Origin: an uncultured Acidobacteriota bacterium
GTDB taxonomy: Bacteria; Acidobacteriota; UBA6911
Length of the DNA stretch: 64,000 bases
Assembly: GCA_963809485.1 (NCBI GenBank)
Contig: CAWEJX010000007.1
Span: forward strand, 64,001 to 128,000
Reading direction: 5' to 3'
The position numbers and the translations under genes are program-made. Within the stretch, counting starts at the first letter, position 1. Every line of letters starts with the position of its first letter. Shown piece by piece: positions 29,733 through 39,411 of this stretch. The notes beneath the pieces were generated by a model that saw only the letters and a list, made by a program, of their open reading frames with translations, was not told the DNA's origin and made no database searches.

Positions 29733-30134
29733 ATGACAGAGGAGAGCGTTATGGCAAAAATACTGCTTGTAGACGACGACCAGGATCTGATCGAAATGAA
29801 TAAGACCATACTGGCGCAGCGCGGCCACGTGGTGACCGTGGCATACTCTGCTGCGGAAGCCCTCAAAACCATCCAGACCGTCGCGCCTGACCTGGCGGTG
29901 CTGGACGTGATGATGGAAGACAAAACAGCCGGGTTCGACCTCGCCCGGAAGCTGCATGCGCAATTCCCCAAGATGCCGATGATCATGCTGACCGGGATTC
30001 GCAAGGAGATGGATCTCGGTTTCGGTTTCGAACCCGACGAGACCTGGCTGCCGGTCAGCAAGTTCATGGAAAAGCCGGTGAATCCGCGGATTCTCGCGGA
30101 GGAAGCAGAGAAGCTTTTGGCCGCAAACAGATAA
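29733..30134 (+). CDS. Stand-alone response regulator receiver
   Basis: LLVDDD, LDVMMEDKTAGF, MLTG, WLPVSKFMEKP; alternative start ATG 29751. Confidence 0.9.
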   Translation: MTEESVMAKILLVDDDQDLIEMNKTILAQRGHVVTVAYSAAEALKTIQTVAPDLAVLDVMMEDKTAGFDLARKLHAQFPKMPMIMLTGIRKEMDLGFGFEPDETWLPVSKFMEKPVNPRILAEEAEKLLAANR

Positions 30135-30339
30135 CCCAGTGGCTGTCGCCCCCTGAAACCCCTTCGCGCGCAGCGCTTGATGGAATTCGAAACCATCACA
30201 CCGCGCCCGGGGATTTGGAAACCGGGATTCATGTCTGCACCTCGGTTCGAAGCTGGAAACTCTGAACTGGGAACCGAATTTCTTAAACTATTCAGATATG
30301 AGATTTTATTAGTAAGCATATAAAGAGCGGAAGGTCGAC

Positions 30340-31485
30340 GTGGAAACACTAAACGTCATCGTGGTGGATGACGAATACGGCATGCGGCGGGGCGCCGAGC
30401 GGGTATTGAAGGACCTCACTCTCACACTGCCCGATATCAACGGCGAGGTCAAATTCGCTGTCCGCACGGCTGCGAGCGGAAAGGAACTGGAGGAGAAGCT
30501 GGCGTCGGCTCCTGCGGACATACTCCTCCTGGATCATATCCTGCCCGATACTACGGGGCTGGATATTCTCGACCGTCTCGGGCACGAGTCGCTGGATCTA
30601 TTGACCATCATGATCACGGCCTACGCTTCGCTGGAAACCGCCGTGACTGCCACCCGCCGCGGCGCCTATGATTTCCTGGCCAAGCCGTTCACGCCCGAAG
30701 AACTGCGCGGCGCCGTACGCAAGGCCGCCCGCCACCTTATTCTGCAGCGCCAGGCCCGCCGGCTTGCCGAAGAGAAGCGGCAGGTCCGGTTCCAATTCAT
30801 ATCCGTGCTCGCCCACGAGATGAAAGCCCCCATCGCGGCAATTGAAGGGTACCTTCAAATGATCCGCGAGCGCGCGATGGGCGACAGCCTGGTCGCCTAC
30901 GACCGAATGGTGGACCGGTCCCTGATCCGTATCGACGGCATGCGCAAGCTGATCGGGGATCTTCTGGACCTGACCGCCATCGAGTCCGGCCAGAGGCAGC
31001 GCACCCTCGTGACGCTGAACCTCGCCGAGGCCGCCCGCCAGGCGGTCGAAAACATGAAACCGGAGGCCGCCCGCCGCGACATACAGGTTGATATGAGCGT
31101 TCCGGATGGTCTGAACCTTGAGGCGGACAAGACGGAGATCGATATGATCTTCAATAATCTTGTTTCCAACGCCATCAAATATAACCGGGATCACGGGCGC
31201 GTTAAGGTAACCATAAGCCAGTCCGGGGATGAAATCCGCGTTCAGGTCAAGGACACAGGAATCGGCATGACCCCGGAGGAATGCAAGCGCCTGTTCAAGG
31301 ATTTCTCACGTATCAAAAACGATAAGACGCGCAACATCCTCGGCAGCGGCCTGGGCCTGTCCACCCTCAAGAAACTGGTCACGCTGTATAGCGGGGATAT
31401 TTCCGTCGAAAGCAAGCCCGATGTCGGCAGCACCTTCACGGTCCTGCTCCACAAAATCCAAAGGCCGGGAAATGAACAGGGATGA
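30340..31485 (+). CDS. Receiver-histidine kinase hybrid
   Basis: VVDDE...LLDHILPD...ITAY...LAKPF receiver, then AHEMKAP, NLVSNAIKY, DTGIG, GSGLGL. Confidence 0.9.
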   Translation: METLNVIVVDDEYGMRRGAERVLKDLTLTLPDINGEVKFAVRTAASGKELEEKLASAPADILLLDHILPDTTGLDILDRLGHESLDLLTIMITAYASLETAVTATRRGAYDFLAKPFTPEELRGAVRKAARHLILQRQARRLAEEKRQVRFQFISVLAHEMKAPIAAIEGYLQMIRERAMGDSLVAYDRMVDRSLIRIDGMRKLIGDLLDLTAIESGQRQRTLVTLNLAEAARQAVENMKPEAARRDIQVDMSVPDGLNLEADKTEIDMIFNNLVSNAIKYNRDHGRVKVTISQSGDEIRVQVKDTGIGMTPEECKRLFKDFSRIKNDKTRNILGSGLGLSTLKKLVTLYSGDISVESKPDVGSTFTVLLHKIQRPGNEQG

Positions 31486-32578
31486 AATCCTCGCATGGCT
31501 GCTCGAAGAGAATCCGGACCGCCTGGAGACGCTCTGGAGCCTTGCCGACGGCGTTCGCCGTGACCATGTCGGGGATTCCGTTCACATCCGCGGCCTGATT
31601 GAGTTCTCAAACTATTGCAGGAGCAACTGCCATTACTGCGGGATGCGCAGCGGGCGCAGATCCCTCGCCCGGTACCGGATGACGCAGGATGAAATCCTTG
31701 ATTCAGCCCGGGAGGCCATGGCGCGGGGATACGGCACCGTCGTAATGCAATCGGGCGAAGATCTCCATCTTGAGGTCGAGTGGCTGGCAGGCGTTATCAA
31801 AAAGATCAAGCGGGAGACCCCGCTGGCCGTCACCCTGAGCCTGGGAGAGCGGGCACTGGAGGAACTTGCGCGATTGCGGGAATCCGGCGCGGATCGCTAT
31901 TACCTTCGTTTTGAAACTTCGGACAGGCTCCTGTGGAAAAGGATTCATACTTCAGACACCAGAGGTGTGCTCCATCGCCTGGATTTGCTTCCCCGTATAA
32001 AAGAGCTCGGCTATGAAACCGGAAGCGGAATCATGGTAGGTATCCCCGGGCAGACCTGGGACTCGCTGGCGGATGACATCGAATGGTTCCGGCGGCTGGA
32101 CCTCGACATGATCGGCTGCGGCCCTTTCGTGCCCCACCCGGAAACGCCCTCGGGCCGGGAGTACGATGATCATGTCCTTTCCAATCCGTCTCCGGCCCAG
32201 GTGCTCAACACCAATCTGGTTACGTGCAAAGTCATGGCCCTCACCCGGCTTGTCTGCCCGGATGTGAACATACCCAGCACCACTGCGCTGGCCACGCTCG
32301 ACCAGGAGGACGGGTACCGGCTGGGCCTGCAGCGCGGCGCCAATGTCCTGATGGTCAACCTCACGCCGATCAAATACCGCCGCCTTTATGAGATTTATCC
32401 CGAGAAGGCCGGCATCGGTGAATTGCCCCAACCGCAGCGTGAGAGGGTCGACTCTATCCTGGCCGGGCTCGGACGCACAGCCGGAGAAGGAACCGGGGCA
32501 TCAAGGAATTTCGAAGCGCGCCGTCCGGCGATCGCTTCACTGCAAAGAGGTGATTTATGTCAGCATTGCCGAAAATAG
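31472..32578 (+). CDS. hydE: [FeFe]-hydrogenase maturase HydE (radical SAM)
   Basis: RGLIEFSNYCRSNCHYC, VMQSGED, TLSLGE, RFETSD, GSGIMVGIPGQ, IPSTTAL, GANVLM, YEIYP. Confidence 0.93.
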   Translation: MNRDEILAWLLEENPDRLETLWSLADGVRRDHVGDSVHIRGLIEFSNYCRSNCHYCGMRSGRRSLARYRMTQDEILDSAREAMARGYGTVVMQSGEDLHLEVEWLAGVIKKIKRETPLAVTLSLGERALEELARLRESGADRYYLRFETSDRLLWKRIHTSDTRGVLHRLDLLPRIKELGYETGSGIMVGIPGQTWDSLADDIEWFRRLDLDMIGCGPFVPHPETPSGREYDDHVLSNPSPAQVLNTNLVTCKVMALTRLVCPDVNIPSTTALATLDQEDGYRLGLQRGANVLMVNLTPIKYRRLYEIYPEKAGIGELPQPQRERVDSILAGLGRTAGEGTGASRNFEARRPAIASLQRGDLCQHCRK

Positions 32579-33981
32579 AAATTAGCAGGGGCGCTGTCGA
32601 TTTCATCGACGACGCGTATTTGATGAGGCTGCTCCATGGCCCGGAGCCTGAGCGGGAGGAAGTTCAGGGGACGGTCGCAAAGAGCCTTGCCAAGCAGCCG
32701 CTCACGGTCGAGGAAACGGCCACTTTGCTCAGGGTCAAGGACCCGGACCTGCTGGAAAACATTTTTCACACTGCCCGGACACTGAAAGAAACTGTCTACG
32801 GTAACCGGATCGTTCTTTTTGCGCCTCTCTACGTCGGCAATGACTGCGTCAACGACTGCGCTTACTGCGGCTTCCAAAGCACGAATAAACTTGCAGTGCG
32901 CCGCACCCTGACGCCCGAGGAATTGCGCGAACAGGTCCTGAAACTGGAAGCTGCCGGGCAAAAAAGGCTGATCCTGGTTTTCGGAGAACACCCGGGCTAT
33001 AACGCGAATTTCATCGCCGAGCAGGTTCGCACCGTATACAACACGCGCAGTGGGCACGGAGAAATCCGCAGAGTCAATATCAACGCCGCGCCCATGGATC
33101 ACGAAGGCTACCGAATCATCAAATCCTCGGGGATCGGCACCTACCAGATCTTTCAGGAAACCTACCATCACGAGACCTATGCCCGGGTGCACTCCCCGCG
33201 CACGCGCAAGGGCGATTACCTGTACCGCCTCGACGGGCTGAGCCGGGCCCTCGAGTCCGGCTGCGACGATGTCGGGATCGGCGTCCTCTTCGGCCTGTAC
33301 GACTGGCGCTTCGAAGTGCTGGGCCTTGTAGCGCACGCGATCCACCTTCGCGAACGATACGGGGTCGGACCTCATACCATCAGCTTCCCGCGCCTGCGGC
33401 CGGCCTGCGGGGTCGACTTCCCCGGCCTGGGCTCCGTCAGCGACAGCGACTTCAAGCGCGTGATTGCAACCCTGCGGCTGGCTGTGCCTTACACCGGGCT
33501 CATTCTCACGGCACGCGAAAACGCTTCCCTGAGACGCGAGCTTATGGGACTCGGCGTTTCCCAAATCGACGCCGGCAGCCGGATAGAGATCGGCGGGTAC
33601 ACCGAGCCGGAAGATAAGCAGATTACGGACCGCGAGCAATTCGAGCTCGGGGACACGCGGTCGCTGGACAAGGTTATGGGCGAGCTTCTGGAAGACGGTT
33701 ATCTGCCCAGTTTCTGCACAGCCTGCTACCGGCTCGGACGCACGGGCGAGCATTTCATGGAATTCGCGATTCCCGGGTTCATCAAGCGGTTCTGCACGCC
33801 CAACGCAATGACAACCCTCACGGAGTATCTCGTGGACTACGCTTCGCCCGAGACCCGGCGCGCCGGCGAGCAGCAAATCGAAAAGGAACTGGCAAAGCTT
33901 CCCGAGGGTCCTCAAAAAGCCGAACTCGAAAAGCGACTTAAGAAAATCAGAGAGACGGACGAGCGCGACCTCTATTTTTAG
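32557..33981 (+). CDS. hydG: [FeFe]-hydrogenase maturase HydG (radical SAM)
   Basis: FAPLYVGNDCVNDCAYC, IGTYQIFQETY, GPHTISFPR, PSFCTACYR...FCTPNA C-terminal cluster. Confidence 0.96.
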   Translation: MSALPKIEISRGAVDFIDDAYLMRLLHGPEPEREEVQGTVAKSLAKQPLTVEETATLLRVKDPDLLENIFHTARTLKETVYGNRIVLFAPLYVGNDCVNDCAYCGFQSTNKLAVRRTLTPEELREQVLKLEAAGQKRLILVFGEHPGYNANFIAEQVRTVYNTRSGHGEIRRVNINAAPMDHEGYRIIKSSGIGTYQIFQETYHHETYARVHSPRTRKGDYLYRLDGLSRALESGCDDVGIGVLFGLYDWRFEVLGLVAHAIHLRERYGVGPHTISFPRLRPACGVDFPGLGSVSDSDFKRVIATLRLAVPYTGLILTARENASLRRELMGLGVSQIDAGSRIEIGGYTEPEDKQITDREQFELGDTRSLDKVMGELLEDGYLPSFCTACYRLGRTGEHFMEFAIPGFIKRFCTPNAMTTLTEYLVDYASPETRRAGEQQIEKELAKLPEGPQKAELEKRLKKIRETDERDLYF

Positions 33982-34000
33982 CCGTGGGCCGGAAAGGATT

Positions 34001-34034
34001 TTGCACGTTACACGTTACACGTTGCACGTTCCAC
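34001..34034. repeat. Heptamer tandem repeat (CACGTTR) between hydG and aspA
   Basis: ttgcacgttacacgttacacgttgcacgttccac. Confidence 0.7.
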
Positions 34035-34042
34035 AATTAAAT

Positions 34043-35455
34043 ATGAGCCCCTATCGGACAGAACATGATTTGCTGGGCATGCGGGAAGTGCCGGCGGATG
34101 CCCTGCACGGCATTTACACCGAAAGGGCCATCGAGAACTTTCCGCTGGCTCTGCGGCCGGTAAATCCTGCCCTGATCCATGCCTATGGAGCGGTGAAGCT
34201 CGCCTGCGCCCAGGTTAACCACGAACTGGGCTGGTGGGATGAAGACAAAGCCCGCGCCATTCAGACTGCGTGCCTGGAAATGATCGAGGGTCGGCTGGAT
34301 TCCAGCATCGTCGTCGACGCCCTTCAGGGCGGGGCGGGCACTTCCACCAACATGAACGTCAACGAAGTCCTGGCCAACCGGGCCCTGCAGATCCTCGGAA
34401 AGCCGCCGGGTGAGTACCAGACCATCAGCCCGATCGAAGATATCAACCTTCACCAGTCCACGAACGACACCTATCCGACTGCCCTCAAAGTGGCGGCCAT
34501 TCAACTGCTCCGGCTGCTCGAACGCGATGTGGTGAGCCTGCTCGAGGAATTCCAGCGCAAGGAACAGCAGTTCGCCCGCGTCGTCAAGGTTGGCCGGACC
34601 CAGCTGCAGGATGCCGTGCCGATCACCCTGGGACGTGAAATGGGTGCCTACGCGGAAGCATTTGCGCGCGACCGCTGGCGCATTTACAAGTGTGAAGAGC
34701 GGTTGCGGCTCGTCAACCTGGGCGGCACGGCCATCGGGACGGGGCTCTCGGCGCCGCGGCAATATATCTTCCGCGTCGTTGACCGGCTGAGGGAAATCAC
34801 GCGCCTGGGACTGGCACGGGCGGAAAACCTTGTCGAATGCACGCAGAACGCGGACGTTTTTGTCGAGGTCAGCGGCATTCTGAAAGCCTGCGCAGCGAAC
34901 CTGATCAAGGTTGCCACGGATCTTCGCCTCCTGTCCTCAGGGCCGGACGCGGGATTCGGGGAGATACGCCTGCCGCCGCGTCAGGCCGGCTCTTCCATCA
35001 TGCCCGGCAAAATCAATCCCGTCATCCCCGAAGCGGTAACCCAGGCGGCAATCGCCGTGATGGCCAACGACCAGGCTATCGCTCAGGCTTGCGCAATGGG
35101 AAACCTCGAGCTGAATCCCTTTCTCCCGCTGGTTGCGGACGCCCTGCTGGGAAACCTGGATCTGCTGCGAAACGCCTGCAGGATTTTCCGCGAGCACTGC
35201 GTGGCCGGCATCGAGGCCAATGAATCCCTTTGCCGCACGAGAGTCGAGGGAGCAACCGCCACATTAACCGCGATGGTCGAGCTTCTCGGCTATGAAAAAG
35301 CCCAGGAGATCGCCGCCCGGGCCCGAGCCCTGGGAAAACCTGTTCGTGAAGTTGTCCTGGAGAGCGGCCTGCTGTCGCCCGAACAATTCGACGCGCTTAT
35401 CTCGCCGGAAAGCCTCGCACGCCTCGGATCACCGCCACGAGAGGAAAAACCATGA
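34043..35455 (+). CDS. aspA: Aspartate ammonia-lyase within the hydrogenase maturation operon
   Basis: RTEHDLLG, QGGAGTSTNMNVNEV, QSTNDTYPT, GRTQLQDA, GSSIMPGKINPVIPE; ATGA overlap with hydF. Confidence 0.9.
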   Translation: MSPYRTEHDLLGMREVPADALHGIYTERAIENFPLALRPVNPALIHAYGAVKLACAQVNHELGWWDEDKARAIQTACLEMIEGRLDSSIVVDALQGGAGTSTNMNVNEVLANRALQILGKPPGEYQTISPIEDINLHQSTNDTYPTALKVAAIQLLRLLERDVVSLLEEFQRKEQQFARVVKVGRTQLQDAVPITLGREMGAYAEAFARDRWRIYKCEERLRLVNLGGTAIGTGLSAPRQYIFRVVDRLREITRLGLARAENLVECTQNADVFVEVSGILKACAANLIKVATDLRLLSSGPDAGFGEIRLPPRQAGSSIMPGKINPVIPEAVTQAAIAVMANDQAIAQACAMGNLELNPFLPLVADALLGNLDLLRNACRIFREHCVAGIEANESLCRTRVEGATATLTAMVELLGYEKAQEIAARARALGKPVREVVLESGLLSPEQFDALISPESLARLGSPPREEKP

Positions 35456-36669
35456 AAGAAACACCCAAGGGGATGCGGCTGCACATCGGACTATTCGGAA
35501 GGCGCAACGTCGGCAAATCATCTCTTTTGAATGCCCTGACCCACCAGCAGGTTTCGATCGTGTCCGATGTACCGGGAACCACGACGGACCCGGTGGAGAA
35601 GCCGATGGAGCTTCTGCCTCTGGGGCCGGTGCTCTTCATCGACACGGCGGGCATCGACGACATCGGAGCCCTGGGGGAAATGCGCGCGGAGCGGACGCGA
35701 CAGGTTTTTGAGCGGACAGACCTGGGGATACTGGTTGCCGAATCGGATCGATGGGGGGAATTCGAGGAGGGCATTCTCGGCGAACTGGCGAAACGCCAGA
35801 CGCCCGTTATTGTCGTCATCAACAAATCCGATATTGCCGCGCCCGGCGTCGAAGTTGTGCAGGATCTGAAATCACGCAAGCTCGCCATCGTCGAAACAGT
35901 CGCCAGCGAGGGCAAGGGCATTCCGGGCCTGCGGGAGGCCCTGATTCGATCGGCTCCGGAGGCGTTTATGGATGCCCCCCCGATATTGGGGGACCTGATT
36001 TCGCCCGGCGAACTGGTTGTCCTGGTGGTTCCCATCGACCTGGAGGCTCCGCGCGGGAGGCTTATACTGCCGCAGGTCCAGTCGATACGCGACGTCCTGG
36101 ATCACGATTCCTACTGCATGGTGGTCAAGGAGCGCGAACTGCGCGATGCGCTGGGCCGGCTCAACCGGCCTCCGGCTCTGGTCGTGACGGATTCGCAGGC
36201 ATTCCTGAGAGTGGCGGGAGACGTGCCGTCCCAGGTTCCGCTGACGTCTTTCTCGATTTTGTTCGCCCGCCTGAAGGGCGATCTGAATGAATTCGTGCGC
36301 GGGGTTGAAGCGATCGACCGGCTGAAAACCGGAAACCGTGTGTTGGTGCTCGAGGCCTGCACGCATCACCCCATCGGCGAGGACATCGGCAGGGTGAAAA
36401 TTCCCCGCTGGATCCGGCAGTACACGGGAGTGGAACTCGAATTCGTTCACCGCCAGGGGCACGATTTCCCCGAGGACCTCAGCTCTTACGGACTTGTCGT
36501 TCACTGCGGCTCCTGCATGCTGAACAGGCGGGAAGTGATTTCCCGCGTTCTGCGCTGCCAGGAGGCCGGCGTGCCCATCACGAATTACGGGGTAGCCATC
36601 ACCTACTCGCTGGGCGTTCTGGACCGGGCCCTTTCGCCCTTCCCCGGATTCCGGAAGCCCTCCCTGTAA
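35452..36669 (+). CDS. hydF: [FeFe]-hydrogenase maturation GTPase HydF
   Basis: GRRNVGKSS, GTTTDPV, DTAG, NKSD, RLILPQVQ, TDSQAF, EACTHH...HCGSC. Confidence 0.96.
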   Translation: MKETPKGMRLHIGLFGRRNVGKSSLLNALTHQQVSIVSDVPGTTTDPVEKPMELLPLGPVLFIDTAGIDDIGALGEMRAERTRQVFERTDLGILVAESDRWGEFEEGILGELAKRQTPVIVVINKSDIAAPGVEVVQDLKSRKLAIVETVASEGKGIPGLREALIRSAPEAFMDAPPILGDLISPGELVVLVVPIDLEAPRGRLILPQVQSIRDVLDHDSYCMVVKERELRDALGRLNRPPALVVTDSQAFLRVAGDVPSQVPLTSFSILFARLKGDLNEFVRGVEAIDRLKTGNRVLVLEACTHHPIGEDIGRVKIPRWIRQYTGVELEFVHRQGHDFPEDLSSYGLVVHCGSCMLNRREVISRVLRCQEAGVPITNYGVAITYSLGVLDRALSPFPGFRKPSL

Positions 36670-36876
36670 AGCGCTTATCCGATATCCTTCATTGATTGTC
36701 GGCGTTCGTCGGCGTTTTCATCAGCGTATGTCGGCGTTACCGGGCCATGGGACCTCCAATACCCGCAAGCTCCCCCGGGATGACTGAAATAGGCGTGAAT
36801 CGAAAATCGGGATGTACTATTATTTTTGCTGTTTGTTTGCAGCTTGAAGTCATTGAAAAGCAGGACTGGAATTGGA

Positions 36877-37452
36877 ATGGCAAACACAGTCACCGTAGGA
36901 TCGAGAATCAAAGCGATACGCGAATCCAAAAACATCACCGTGGAACAGGTCGCCGAAAGGTCGGGCCTGACGCCGGAGCAGGTGGGCAGGATCGAGGAAA
37001 ACAGGAATTTGCCTTCGCTGGCGCCGCTCATAAGGATTGCCCGCACTCTTGGAGTCCGCCTTGGAACTTTTCTGGACGACAACGACAGCCTGGGTCCCGT
37101 CATCTGCAGAAAGGAAGACCGGCCCGAGAGCATCAGTTTTTCCTCCGAAATGGCAAATTCCCGCAATGATCTGAAATTTTTCGCCCTTGCCCAATCCAAG
37201 ACCGGCAGGCATATGGAGCCGTTCCTGGTCGACATCGATTCAGCCTCCGAAGGCGGCTATCCGCTTTCCAGCCACGAAGGAGAAGAATTTTTATACGTTC
37301 TGGAGGGGGTGATCGAGGTTACGTACGGGAAAAACAAATTTATCGTCAATGCCGGCGAGAGCATATACTACGACTCCATCGTGGAGCACAACGTTCACGC
37401 AGCCGACAAATCCAGGGCCAAAATCCTGGGTGTTGTTTACACTCCGTTTTAA
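36877..37452 (+). CDS. XRE-family HTH-cupin transcriptional regulator
   Basis: VGSRIKAIRE...PSLAPLIRIARTLGV; cupin HMEPF...HEGEEFLYVLEG...YYDSIVEH. Confidence 0.9.
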   Translation: MANTVTVGSRIKAIRESKNITVEQVAERSGLTPEQVGRIEENRNLPSLAPLIRIARTLGVRLGTFLDDNDSLGPVICRKEDRPESISFSSEMANSRNDLKFFALAQSKTGRHMEPFLVDIDSASEGGYPLSSHEGEEFLYVLEGVIEVTYGKNKFIVNAGESIYYDSIVEHNVHAADKSRAKILGVVYTPF

Positions 37453-37464
37453 TAATCAAAGCCT

Positions 37465-39114
37465 ATGGAACTCTTCAACAGGACGCTGGGCGACTGGCTG
37501 GAATACTGGGCCGACAGAGCCCCCGACAGGGAATACATCGTTTATTCCGACCGTGATTTGAGGTTTACGTGGAAGCAATTCAACAGGCGCGTGGATGCGG
37601 TAGCACTCGGGCTTCTCTCCATCGGCGTGAACAAAGGCGATCATGTCGGCATCTGGGCCCAGAACGTCCCCGAATGGCTGACGTACATGTACGCCTGCGC
37701 AAAAATCGGCGCTGTTTTTGTCACGGTGAACACCAATCACAAGCAGCACGAACTGGAATACCAGGTGGAGAATTCGGATATGCATACCCTGTGCATCACC
37801 GACGGCACCTGGGATTCCAAGTACGTGGACATGGTCTACGAAATGCTCCCCGAGCTCAAGCACTCCCAGCGCGGGCAGTTGAGGAGCGAGCGCTTCCCCA
37901 GGATGCGCAACGTCATCTACATCGGGCAGGAAAAATACCGAGGAATGTACAACGCGGCCGAGATTCAGCTGCTCGGCGAGAATGCGGATGAGCAGCCGCT
38001 GCTGGACATCAAAAAAACCGTGAAGCCGGACGATGTCATGATGATGCAATACACCTCGGGCACAACCGGATTCCCGAAGGGTGTGATGCTCTCGCACTAT
38101 AATCTGGCCAACAACGGGTATCTGACCGGCGAACACATGAGGTTCACCGAGAAGGACAAACTCTGCGTCTGCGTTCCGCTGTTTCACTGTTTCGGCGTCA
38201 CCCTGGCCACCACCAATTGTCTGACTCACGGCTGCACTCAGGTCATGGTGGAACGGTTCGATCCGCTCGTCGTCCTGGCGTCCGTCCACAAGGAACGCTG
38301 CACCGCGCTTTACGGGGTTCCCACGATGTTCATCGAGGAACTCAATCACCCGATGTTCAACATGTTCGACATGTCGTGTCTGCGCACCGGCATCATGGCC
38401 GGCTCGCTATGCCCGGTGGAGCTGATGCGAAGAGTGAGCGAGAAGATGTTCATGAGCATCACCAGCGTTTATGGACTGACAGAAACTTCCCCCGGAATGA
38501 CCCAGACCCGCATCGACGATCCGTTCGAGGTGCGTTGCCGGACAGTGGGCAGGCCGTATGAATTTACCGAGGTCGTCGTACTCAACCCCGAAACGAAACA
38601 AGAGTGCGCCGACGGCGAGCAGGGCGAAATATGCTGCCGCGGCTACCTGGTGATGAAGGGATACTATAAGAATCCGGAAGCCACGGCTGAAGCGATCGAC
38701 AAAAACGGCTACCTGCATTCGGGGGACCTCGGCTACAGGGATTCCGAAGGCAACTACAGGATCACCGGCCGCATCAAGGACATGATCATCCGCGGCGGAG
38801 AAAATATCTACCCGCGGGAGGTCGAGGAGTTTCTCTATCACCTGGAAGGCGTCAAGGATGTGCAGGTCGTGGGAGTCGCATCCGAAAAATACGGTGAAGA
38901 GGTAGGAGCCTTTATTATTCCAAAGCCCGGCGTCGAGCTGGACGACACCACCGTTGTCGAATTCTGCCGCGGCCAGATAGCCCGGCATAAAATACCGAAA
39001 TATGTTTTCTTTGTGGATAAATTCCCCCTGACGGGAAGCCGCAAAATCCAGAAATTCAAACTCAGGGAAATGAGTCTGGAGCTCCTCAAGGCCCGCGGCA
39101 TCACCCCTGAATGA
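37465..39114 (+). CDS. AMP-binding acyl-CoA synthetase
   Basis: [52 protein letters not shown]. Confidence 0.93.
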   Translation: MELFNRTLGDWLEYWADRAPDREYIVYSDRDLRFTWKQFNRRVDAVALGLLSIGVNKGDHVGIWAQNVPEWLTYMYACAKIGAVFVTVNTNHKQHELEYQVENSDMHTLCITDGTWDSKYVDMVYEMLPELKHSQRGQLRSERFPRMRNVIYIGQEKYRGMYNAAEIQLLGENADEQPLLDIKKTVKPDDVMMMQYTSGTTGFPKGVMLSHYNLANNGYLTGEHMRFTEKDKLCVCVPLFHCFGVTLATTNCLTHGCTQVMVERFDPLVVLASVHKERCTALYGVPTMFIEELNHPMFNMFDMSCLRTGIMAGSLCPVELMRRVSEKMFMSITSVYGLTETSPGMTQTRIDDPFEVRCRTVGRPYEFTEVVVLNPETKQECADGEQGEICCRGYLVMKGYYKNPEATAEAIDKNGYLHSGDLGYRDSEGNYRITGRIKDMIIRGGENIYPREVEEFLYHLEGVKDVQVVGVASEKYGEEVGAFIIPKPGVELDDTTVVEFCRGQIARHKIPKYVFFVDKFPLTGSRKIQKFKLREMSLELLKARGITPE

Positions 39115-39411
39115 TTCCCCAAATGGACAAATGCGGCGCTCCTTTATTTTTAACGCTGACGTACGCCGATAAACGCTGACGTACGCTGAAAAAATATTAA
39201 TAAATACTATTTTCTCAGCATTTTATGTTGATTGGGTGAAGACTGCTCTGAAGAGCCTGCCTATTACATTTGATTCTTTATGGGAGTGCGGTAAAAATGT
39301 CCTGTCGCGAAACAGAATGCTTGTATCTATTATTCCTGAATAGTTTTCCTCTATCAGGAAGAGGCTGTAGCCGTCGAAAGTGACAAAAACCATAAGCGTT
39401 TTGAGGAGACA

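Noticed and set aside
30195-30290. Riboswitch or ncRNA between the receiver and the REC-kinase
   Set aside because: Only degenerate short-period repeats are visible; no recognisable aptamer consensus.
32560-33915. 451-aa minus-strand ORF
   Set aside because: Antisense shadow of hydG.
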